From NCBI RefSeq assembly GCF_000223395.1, contig NC_015931.1:870001-902000 (forward strand): DNA of 32,000 nucleotides, in the 5' to 3' direction. Below are positions 25,571-32,000 of the stretch, piece after piece (positions within the stretch are counted from its first letter, which is position 1; every line of letters starts with the position of its first letter). The stretch comes from Pyrolobus fumarii 1A (lineage in GTDB: Archaea; Thermoproteota; Thermoprotei_A; Sulfolobales; Pyrodictiaceae). Made by a program: the position numbers and the translations under genes. Below the pieces are notes generated by a model. That model saw nothing but the letters and a program-made list of their open reading frames with translations. It did no database searches and was not told the origin of the DNA.

Positions 25571-26302
25571 TTAGGGTTTTGTGTTGAAGTAGATCCTCTT
25601 TCTCCTTCTTCCTTTGCTCTCCATCTTTTCCAGGACAATCTCGCCTATCTCGCATGTATTGCGTACGTGGGGCCCCTCGTCGGCCTGGATATCGATTCCC
25701 GGTATCTCGACGATTCTAAGTTGCTTGACTTCTGGTGGCATCCTCTCGGCTAGTTTCACCAGGCCAGGTATTCTCATGGCTTCTTCGCGCGGTAGCCAGT
25801 ATACGCGAACCTCTATACACTTCTTTGCAATCTCATTGGCTTCGCGTACAGCCTCTTGTAGGGCGTTCTTCCAGTCTGTAACATTGCTTAGGTCGAAGTC
25901 GGCTCTGCCGCCTTCAGGTGAGATACTGCTTCCTGTGACTCGGGCACCGTGCTTCTCGTACAGCAGCGCTGCCAGGATGTGTAAGGCCGTATGCAGTCTC
26001 ATCATGCGATATCTCCTCTCCCAGTCTATGACCCCGTGTACATGGACGCCAGGCTTGAAGAGCGACGGGTCGTCCACTACGTGCGCAACGTCACCGTCCT
26101 TCTCGTAAACATCTACCACAGCCACGCGCTCATCATTTACTATGAGCCAGCCGCGGTCTGCGTCCAAACCTCCTACGGGTCTAGGGTGAAACGCTGTTCT
26201 ATCTAGGAACACCTCGTTGTTTTCAACTCGCGTCACCTTCGCGTCAAACTCGCGAAGGTAGCTGTCGCGTTGGTATAGCTTCTCGGCAGGCAACAGTTGC
26301 AC
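25571..26302 (-). CDS. alaX: AlaX-type alanyl-tRNA editing protein (AlaRS/ThrRS second additional domain family)
   Basis: The family N-terminus is present (LYQRDSYLREFDAKV), as are the HxxxH motif (HTALH) and the C-terminal region IVEIPGIDIQADEGPHVRNT. The start is GTG. Confidence 0.8.
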   Translation of the reverse strand: MQLLPAEKLYQRDSYLREFDAKVTRVENNEVFLDRTAFHPRPVGGLDADRGWLIVNDERVAVVDVYEKDGDVAHVVDDPSLFKPGVHVHGVIDWERRYRMMRLHTALHILAALLYEKHGARVTGSSISPEGGRADFDLSNVTDWKNALQEAVREANEIAKKCIEVRVYWLPREEAMRIPGLVKLAERMPPEVKQLRIVEIPGIDIQADEGPHVRNTCEIGEIVLEKMESKGRRRKRIYFNTKP

Positions 26303-26384
26303 CCGCTAACTTCCCTAAGGAGTGGAGGGTGATACGCGGTTCGAAGCCACACCAATATAACTTAGTGACGCGCGGCTCTATAGT

Positions 26385-26650
26385 ATGGTGGGCCCCGGGA
26401 CCCCGGCCCCGCCGACTGGGGCCGATGCCCGTGGATGACGCGGGGTTCTCCCAGCCCCGCATCACAACTCGCTCCTTGCCTGCATGTTACACTCGCTAGT
26501 CTGTCCAGTGTTATTGGGCGTGTTTTGGGCCCCGCTCGGCCAGGATAGGACTTCAGCACGTGAAATCTAAGCCGGGGTTCTACGCCGCCATCGCGGGGCC
26601 CATTTGTTCTAGCGGGCCCGCCTGTGTAGAAACCGGGTAACATGGTAGGC
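26385..26650. ncRNA. Unclassified GC-rich, highly structured intergenic RNA candidate (about 265 nt)
   Basis: The spacer has no plausible ORF. Nested helices verified by hand are 26479-26490/26637-26649 (12 bp), 26492-26499/26609-26616 (8 bp) and 26527-26535/26593-26601 (9 bp, perfect). Hairpins lie at 26405-26423, 26436-26464 and 26502-26520. Confidence 0.4.
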
Positions 26651-26686
26651 CTCTAGTGCTTTTACCCACGGGCTCTGTGTTGGCCT

Positions 26687-27424
26687 TTGGCTGAGAGCTT
26701 GAAGCCTCAGCACTTGACGGCCAAGCCTGGTGAGGTCGCCGAGAGGGTTGTGGTTGTCGGCGATCCGGCGCGTGCAAAGATGGTTGCTGAGGAGTTTCTC
26801 GAGGATGCCAGGGTTGTGAGCGAGAATCGTGCGTTGTACGTGTACACGGGGAGTTACAAGGGTGTTCCAGTGTCGGTAGCTGTTCACGGTATTGGCGGGC
26901 CTAGCGCAGCGATAGTCTTCGAAGAGCTTCGTATGCTTGGAGCCAAGGCTATGGTTAGGCTCGGTACTGCGGGCGGCCTCAAGCCCGAGATAGACGTCGG
27001 GCATGCTGTGGTGGTGACGGGCGCGGCGTACTACTGTGGAGGTACACTCGGGGTATACACGCCCAACGCCTGTATGCCCACGGCTCCAGACCCAACCCTA
27101 ACGGTCAAGCTTTACGAGGCTGCAAAGAGGGAGGGCCTAACGGTACACATGGGCCCGGTGATAAGCAACGATGCGTTCTATGCTGAGAGCCCTGACTTTG
27201 CCGAGTTCTGGGCGAAGCGTGGCATAATAGCAGTTGAGATGGAGTGTGCAACTCTCTTCGGAATTGGGTGGATGAGGGGGTTTAGGACAGCAGCGCTGGT
27301 AGTGATAGCGGACAACCTCGTGGTTCCCGAAAAGAAGGATCTGCTTCACCACGAGCAACTAGCGCCAATCATGAGGAAGGCGGCGAAGGCTGTGCTAGAA
27401 GCGCTGGTCGAGACTAACGTCTAG
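26687..27424 (+). CDS. Purine nucleoside / 5'-methylthioadenosine phosphorylase, PNP-UDP family 1 (DeoD-like)
   Basis: The sequence VVVVGDPARAKMVAEEFLEDARVVSENRALYVYTGSYKGVPVSVAVHGIGGPSAAIVFEEL aligns with the DeoD N-terminus. EMECATLF is also present. The start is TTG. Confidence 0.85.
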   Translation: MAESLKPQHLTAKPGEVAERVVVVGDPARAKMVAEEFLEDARVVSENRALYVYTGSYKGVPVSVAVHGIGGPSAAIVFEELRMLGAKAMVRLGTAGGLKPEIDVGHAVVVTGAAYYCGGTLGVYTPNACMPTAPDPTLTVKLYEAAKREGLTVHMGPVISNDAFYAESPDFAEFWAKRGIIAVEMECATLFGIGWMRGFRTAALVVIADNLVVPEKKDLLHHEQLAPIMRKAAKAVLEALVETNV

Positions 27425-27812
27425 GCTCGTAGAGTGGGCATAGGGCGCAGAGTACTGGCACTTTGCTAACTACTGGACGAGGTACACCAGACTCTGTTGC
27501 TACCGGTATCCCTGCGTCGCTTTTTACTCTCCACGCGCGGCACACGCCATCCACGTGGTGTCGGCATGTTAGCCTCTTCCACTCGCCGATGAGAACTGCT
27601 ACACGGTGTAGCTCGCTAGCCTTGGAGCCCAGCTCCTCAAGTCTATCTAGGCTGGCAACAAGTGCGTCAATCGTGGCTTCGTGTGCCTCCACTTTGGCCT
27701 CTATGCTGCTCAGCCTCTCCGAGAGTATGTTTATACTCCGTGATATGACGGAGGTGGGCTCGGGGCTATACTCTGCCTCGAGGGGTGCGGTGCCCTCCTC
27801 AACTGTGGACAA
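27414..27812 (-). CDS. Hypothetical coiled-coil protein with a Cys/His-rich C-terminus
   Basis: A heptad-like middle region (LSERLSSIEAKVEAHEATIDALVASLDRLEEL) is followed by CRHHVDGVC ... CALC. The gene end overlaps the phosphorylase gene end by 11 nt. Confidence 0.45.
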   Translation of the reverse strand: MSTVEEGTAPLEAEYSPEPTSVISRSINILSERLSSIEAKVEAHEATIDALVASLDRLEELGSKASELHRVAVLIGEWKRLTCRHHVDGVCRAWRVKSDAGIPVATESGVPRPVVSKVPVLCALCPLYEPRR

Positions 27813-27878
27813 GACCGGGCCACCGGTGGTAAAACTAAATGGTGTAAGGCGGGGCGGCGCGAAGGACGTAGTATTACC

Positions 27879-28439
27879 CTAGCCCCTCGCTACTAGCAGC
27901 CTACCGGGGACTGTGAAGGCTCGCCCCGACGCGTGCAGCAGTATACGCGCCTTTGCTAACTCCCATCCATACCTCGGATTGTAGACATCACTCCTGGCGT
28001 AGGCAGCCACAACATCAGCCACGATAAGGTCTACATCTTCTGCAACATCCTCGATTATCTTGTAGACTCGGGCTTCGATGTAACCCAGCGCGTCCGCCAG
28101 ATGTGGAGCGCGTACAGAGCTTGACGGCTCGAGCTTCAAACCGCACCTTGAAACCTTGTCTATCTCGTGACCGCTAGTGGTGCCCACGCACCACACTACA
28201 TCCAGGTGCCTATCGTCGACTACATTAACGGTAAACTCGCGTACCTCGCGAATAATCTGGTAGGTGTAGCTTTCCTTGTCAAGTGCCAGGGTTATCCTCT
28301 CGGGTTCCTCGGAAAGCGGGGACACCCAAGACGCCGCCATGGCGTTTATCTTTTCTCCACGAGATGCTATGATTATGTAGACTGGTCGGGGGTGTAGCAG
28401 CCTATACCTCTTAGACCCAACCGGTTCAAAACCAGGCAT
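27879..28439 (-). CDS. Flavin reductase-like FMN-binding protein (flavoredoxin family)
   Basis: The sequence HPRPVYIIIASRGEKINAMAASWVSPLSEEPERITLAL ... FTVNVV matches the Flavin_Reduct domain pattern. Confidence 0.8.
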   Translation of the reverse strand: MPGFEPVGSKRYRLLHPRPVYIIIASRGEKINAMAASWVSPLSEEPERITLALDKESYTYQIIREVREFTVNVVDDRHLDVVWCVGTTSGHEIDKVSRCGLKLEPSSSVRAPHLADALGYIEARVYKIIEDVAEDVDLIVADVVAAYARSDVYNPRYGWELAKARILLHASGRAFTVPGRLLVARG

Positions 28440-28522
28440 TGAGGCCCACCAGCTGCATGCGTGGAGAGACGGGAGGAGACACTTTTACGCTAACCCCTTA
28501 CTAGCCGGTACGGCATTAGAAC

Positions 28523-28530
28523 GTAATAAC
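28523..28530 (+). promoter_or_regulatory. TATA-like box upstream of the C/D sRNA candidate
   Basis: GTAATAAC lies about 27-34 nt upstream of the C box. Confidence 0.3.
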
Positions 28531-28556
28531 CGCTAGTCTAGCCCCTGGCCTAGACG

Positions 28557-28609
28557 TTGATGAGGCCTTGGACGGACTGAGCTGGTGATGAGTAAGCCGT
28601 GGCCGCTGA
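28557..28609 (+). ncRNA. Box C/D sRNA candidate (2'-O-methylation guide)
   Basis: All four boxes are in the right order. The C box is TTGATGA (28557-28563), D' is CTGA (28577-28580), C' is GTGATGA (28585-28591) and D is CTGA (28606-28609). Total length is 53 nt. The guide spacers are 13 and 14 nt. Confidence 0.6.
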
Positions 28610-28668
28610 GCCCTCAGCGGGTTAAACCCCGGCTCACATAGGTATGGTAACGAGGTGGTGCGCCGGCC

Positions 28669-29058
28669 TTGGGCGTGGATATGGAGAGAGCACGTAGAAT
28701 GGTGTCCAGAGTTATGCGTAACGCAGGGCTGCATGTAGAGGAACTTAGAGTGCAGACCAAGAACTTGCTTGGACAGGTTGTGGAAGAGAGCAAGGTCATG
28801 GGTGTTCGCGAGGGTCGCTACAAAGTTACGTGGAGTGGTGGCTCTAGTGGGAGGGTAGTGGTGAGAGTGACTCTACACGCGCGCGACGAGGATAGCGCGC
28901 GTCGTGCGGCTGAGAGGCTAGAGTCTCTGGGTGCAAATGTTGATGTGGCGGAGCAGCGTGTTCACGCAGTGTTTAGGGTTAGGGGTGATGGTGTAAAGCA
29001 AGTGCTCGACTCTATCGACGTCGCCGAGAAGGCAACGAGGGGCGGAGACGAGCTTTGA
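28669..29058 (+). CDS. Hypothetical protein (129 aa)
   Basis: An ORF with three alternative starts: TTG 28669, GTG 28675 and ATG 28681. I recognised no motif. Its stop overlaps the TTG of the next ORF (TTGA). Confidence 0.45.
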   Translation: MGVDMERARRMVSRVMRNAGLHVEELRVQTKNLLGQVVEESKVMGVREGRYKVTWSGGSSGRVVVRVTLHARDEDSARRAAERLESLGANVDVAEQRVHAVFRVRGDGVKQVLDSIDVAEKATRGGDEL

Positions 29059-29951
29059 GTGCCAACCCTGTTGTCTGGTACACTCCTGCACCTGGTAAAC
29101 CCGGACGTATACGTGTCGCCCCGGTGGACCTCCTTCGTATGCGGCAGCTTCCACAGCTCGTGTTGCTGGAACGCGTCGAACCGGGTGCCCTTCCTATAAA
29201 CGTGGAGTGTCTGGAGGCTTGTAGTCCCTCCAATAATCTCTGCGTGCGTATAGGGAAAGGAGCGAATTGTATACGTGCATATACGCCATTGTTGCCTGGG
29301 CTTCCGCCAGCCTGGGCGGGTCTCTTAGGAACAGTCGAGGCTGGCAAAGAAGGACGCGAAATAATGATGGTGGAGGGAGAGGTTAGTGAGGTGCGTGGAC
29401 TGAGGGGTGCATTTAGCCCCCGCCTATATTATGTTGAGCCGCTTGCAGTCCGTGTCATTAGGGTCGAAGAGGGCGAGTTCGTACTTAGTTTAGGCTGTGT
29501 AGAGGCGCCGGGGGAAGCAGAGGCCTTCCTGGCGTTGGGAGAACCTCTGGTTGTTAATATCAAGCCTGGTGTTGTGATGATAGAGGGGGAAGGCGTCGCG
29601 CTAAGAGCCTCCAGGTGTTCGCGTGGTCTGCTGGCTAGGTTGCTGAACTCTAGACTCCGTGGTGTAAAAGGTCCTCTAGATATACGCGGGGATATTGGCG
29701 TCCTCGAGTATCGTGTAGCTGATAATGAGGTTACTGTGACGTTGTGGAACCCGCATTTACATCCTGTAACCGTGGAGCTACATAGTGTGTATCCTGTAGC
29801 ACGGGTTGAGGTTTACGATGCGAATGGTAGACATGAAGTTACGCCAAGGCACGATAGTACAGTCGTGCATTTGATACCAGAGGGAGTAGCACGTCTCCAG
29901 GTAAAGCTAAGACCTCTACCCAAACTACTAATGAGGAGAATCATGAGGTGA
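29055..29951 (+). CDS. Hypothetical protein (298 aa from TTG; possibly 195 aa from ATG 29364)
   Basis: The frame is open from TTG 29055. The first 103 codons are Pro/Gly/Leu/Arg-rich and contain a cluster of TATACG motifs. An in-frame ATGATG lies at 29364. The stop overlaps the phosphatase GTG (GTGA). Confidence 0.45.
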   Translation: MSANPVVWYTPAPGKPGRIRVAPVDLLRMRQLPQLVLLERVEPGALPINVECLEACSPSNNLCVRIGKGANCIRAYTPLLPGLPPAWAGLLGTVEAGKEGREIMMVEGEVSEVRGLRGAFSPRLYYVEPLAVRVIRVEEGEFVLSLGCVEAPGEAEAFLALGEPLVVNIKPGVVMIEGEGVALRASRCSRGLLARLLNSRLRGVKGPLDIRGDIGVLEYRVADNEVTVTLWNPHLHPVTVELHSVYPVARVEVYDANGRHEVTPRHDSTVVHLIPEGVARLQVKLRPLPKLLMRRIMR

Positions 29952-30925
29952 AAACAGTGGCTAGGCGGCCAATAGAATACCTAGAGCTTGCCTCCGAGAT
30001 AGCGCAGAATCCAGATGACCTTTTGGACACTGTAGAGCACTTTGTAGAGACTATTGATGAGCAGCGGGAAGAGGGAGATGTAAACGGGGTGAGGCTATAC
30101 AACCATGTTGTAATTGCACAACCGCGTGAACCCATAGTCGTAATAGGGGATGTGCACGGCGATGCCGAGACACTCGAGGAGATACTGAGGGACCCAGACA
30201 CACAGCATGCCCTCGAGACGGGTTACGTGGTGTTCCTAGGCGACTATGTTGACCGCGGCCCTCACCAGCTGGAGACGATACTCGCCCCAATGCTGATGTA
30301 CGTGGAGAACCCCGATCATGTCATAATGCTAAGGGGTAATCACGAACCGCTACCAGAGCTTATACCCTATCCACACGACTTTCCGTTCCACCTCAAGATT
30401 AGGTTCCCAGAGGCAGAGTATAGCGGGTTTGCGGAGAAACTATACCAGACGTTCCTTGAAGAGGTGTTCCCACGACTACCGGACGCGGCTATAATCGAGG
30501 GACGGGTCTTCCTGGTTCACGGGGGACCGCCCGTAACACTACTAGAGGCTGGCAGCTGGATTGAAGGTCTTGCTGCCGATAGGTACCCAGCACCGCTCGA
30601 GATACTCGAAGAGTTATTGTGGAACGATCCCTGTGATTGTGAAGCTGACTATATGCCTAACCCGAGGGGTGCAGGGAAACTATGGGGGCCGAGAGTCACA
30701 GAGAGAACGCTGGAGCTGACAAGTACCAAGCTCATAGTAAGGGGACATGAGGCTGTAGACGAGGGTTACAAGTTTGATCATAACAACAAGGTGCTAACGC
30801 TGTTCTCCAGGCTAGGTGAGCCCTATGGAAACCAGCGGGCAGCTTACCTCGTGCTCCGCTTCATGGAGAGATGGTACGAACGCGAGAATCTCGAAAAGAT
30901 GCTAAAAATCATCGAAATGGAGTGA
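29948..30925 (+). CDS. PPP-family Ser/Thr protein phosphatase (metallophosphoesterase, PP2A/PP1-like)
   Basis: The motifs GDVHGD, GDYVDRG, GNHE and VHGGP occur in canonical order. Confidence 0.85.
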   Translation: MKTVARRPIEYLELASEIAQNPDDLLDTVEHFVETIDEQREEGDVNGVRLYNHVVIAQPREPIVVIGDVHGDAETLEEILRDPDTQHALETGYVVFLGDYVDRGPHQLETILAPMLMYVENPDHVIMLRGNHEPLPELIPYPHDFPFHLKIRFPEAEYSGFAEKLYQTFLEEVFPRLPDAAIIEGRVFLVHGGPPVTLLEAGSWIEGLAADRYPAPLEILEELLWNDPCDCEADYMPNPRGAGKLWGPRVTERTLELTSTKLIVRGHEAVDEGYKFDHNNKVLTLFSRLGEPYGNQRAAYLVLRFMERWYERENLEKMLKIIEME

Positions 30926-31813
30926 AGAAGTGAGCATCTTCACGGCTTTAGACACTATCTGCTCCGGTGCACCTACAAGAGGCGATACACTCCACACGCG
31001 TTCACTATCCACATCAACGCTGATGACATGCGGGTAAACAAGCAAGGCCGCGCCTCGTGCAGCAAGCTTAGCAGCTAGGCGCCAAGGATCCTCGCTCTCC
31101 TCCACTATGGCGTCCCCGCATGGTACCCACGCGTTAACGAAACGCTTGACAACGTCTCTCGCCCTCTCCCCGGAGACCACAAAATATAGACGCGCACCTC
31201 TTCTCGCTACAAGCCAGGCCGCTAGAAGCTCATCTAGGCTCCCTTCTAGCACAGGAATCACAGCCGTACCCTCGACACCGTAGGGCAGGCCACCAGGCCC
31301 CTCTACCAGCCACGAGTCGAGATACGCGTAGGCCCTCTTGGCGCGTATCTCGAGCCTCACAATCACATCTGGCTTCTCGAGGTCTACTCTAAGACTCGGT
31401 ATAGCCTCTAGTATACGCGCACCGAGAAGCCTCTCAACATCTCTACTCTTCACCGGGTAACTTTCGACGCGTCTAGCCCTCACAGCGAAAGTAGAGGCTT
31501 TGACAAGCTCATCTCGAAATAGGCGGGGTATCATCTCGAGAATAGTGTTGAGGTCGTTTGGGATGGACCACGCGGGGGCCGCGCTGTGGACGCCGAAAGA
31601 CCTAGCAGCTAGCTTAGCAGCTTCAAATGCCTCCTCAAGCTCCTCAACATCTATGATTATCCTGCCGGGTGTGATGCGAATCGGTCGTATCAATCCGGCA
31701 TAAGCGAGCCAGCAACGTATACTCCTAGCCAGGCTCTCCTCGAAGAATTGCCTCGTGCGTCCAAGCTTAACCCCGATCTCCGCGTAGCGCACGAGAACTA
31801 CCGGCCTATGCAT
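30902..31813 (-). CDS. THUMP-domain protein related to ThiI, with a degenerate PP-loop
   Basis: The N-terminus is ThiI-like (VVLVRYAEIGVKLGRTRQFFEESL) and a THUMP-like core follows (RVDLEKPDVIVRLEIRAKRAYAYL). Where ThiI has SGGxDS, this protein reads LEGSLDE. The start is ATG 31813, or GTG 31837. Confidence 0.65.
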   Translation of the reverse strand: MHRPVVLVRYAEIGVKLGRTRQFFEESLARSIRCWLAYAGLIRPIRITPGRIIIDVEELEEAFEAAKLAARSFGVHSAAPAWSIPNDLNTILEMIPRLFRDELVKASTFAVRARRVESYPVKSRDVERLLGARILEAIPSLRVDLEKPDVIVRLEIRAKRAYAYLDSWLVEGPGGLPYGVEGTAVIPVLEGSLDELLAAWLVARRGARLYFVVSGERARDVVKRFVNAWVPCGDAIVEESEDPWRLAAKLAARGAALLVYPHVISVDVDSERVWSVSPLVGAPEQIVSKAVKMLTSSLHFDDF

Positions 31814-32000
31814 TTTGGTTACTCCTACCCTCTCCACTCCTAGCCTTACGCGTAAGTTCCAATCTCAGCTCCCTACACAGCATGCACGCATAGATAGTTA
31901 CCTCCTCGGGGCTTGCACCACTAAGCAGTCTTCCAGCTATCTCCTCGACGATCCTCCTATACTTCTCGTTGTTGAGTATAATGTCGACTAGTTCTGCTCC
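31806..32000 (-). CDS. 3' end of an unidentified CDS that continues beyond the window
   Basis: The minus-strand frame is open from base 32000 to TAG at 31806-31808 (...ELVDIILNNEKYRRIVEEIAGRLLSGASPEEVTIYACMLCRELRLELTRKARSGEGRSNQNA). It overlaps the ATG of the downstream gene by 8 nt. Confidence 0.4.
   Translation of the reverse strand, partial: GAELVDIILNNEKYRRIVEEIAGRLLSGASPEEVTIYACMLCRELRLELTRKARSGEGRSNQNA

Noticed and set aside
26336-26350. A T-arm-like GCGGTTCGAAGCCAC upstream of alaX.
   Set aside because: The stem has a mismatch. No acceptor, D arm or anticodon arm can be built around it on either strand.
26539-26560. An SRP RNA helix-8-like string CCAGG-ATAGGACTTC-AGCA, and an SRP-like topology in which two hairpins are enclosed by a long-range helix.
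   Set aside because: The 10 nt between CCAGG and AGCA cannot form the conserved stem with a GNAR tetraloop. No Alu-domain UGUAAC context fits at the 5' end, and the enclosing helix stops after about 13 bp instead of forming a long helix 5.
26567-26640. RNase P RNA assignment for the structured spacer. The minus strand reads GTAGAACCCCGGCTTAG (26567-26583) and the plus strand reads GTAGAAACCGGGTAAC (about 26625-26640). Both resemble CR-V (ACAGAANCCGGCUUA).
   Set aside because: No GAGGAAAGUCC-type CR-I occurs on either strand. The candidate P4 strands do not pair with each other. On the minus strand only about 100 nt are left before the phosphorylase CDS, too little for the rest of an RNase P RNA. 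I kept the region as unclassified.

Overview
The window looks like a compact archaeal chromosome segment. It carries archaeal ribosomal proteins L7Ae, S28e and L24e, a probable DGGGP synthase and a tungstate ABC transporter. Both tRNAs encode their 3' CCA, and GC-rich stable-RNA-like islands sit in a roughly 54% GC background. This suggests a hyperthermophilic crenarchaeon, possibly Desulfurococcales or Pyrodictiaceae; the organism assignment is inference only. Most genes are housekeeping: gltX (5'-truncated), a ZIP transporter, rpl7ae, a UbiA prenyltransferase, tupABC, ndk-rpl24e-rps28e, a DRG GTPase, map, a peptide-type ABC importer, alaX, a purine nucleoside phosphorylase and a flavoredoxin. 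Two tRNAs are present, Val-GAC and Ser-UGA. Genes are tightly packed, with many 4-nt start/stop overlaps and three convergent end overlaps. I found no CRISPR array, transposase or integrase. Six things seem most worth a second look. (1) A cluster of a divergent wHTH regulator, a vWA protein, an FHA protein and a Ser/Thr kinase at 10.0-13.8 kb, together with a PPP phosphatase operon at 28.7-30.9 kb that contains two unknown proteins. (2) An ORF-free, GC-rich, heavily base-paired intergenic element of about 265 nt at 26385-26650 that I could not assign to RNase P or SRP RNA. (3) A box C/D sRNA candidate at 28557-28609. (4) A membrane zinc-ribbon gene overlapped out of frame by a DUF4258-like gene next to tRNA-Val. 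(5) Several GC-rich long hairpins in convergent spacers. (6) A dense cluster of TATACG/CGTATA hexamers inside the predicted 5' part of an unknown ORF. All family assignments come from motif reading by eye and need profile searches.
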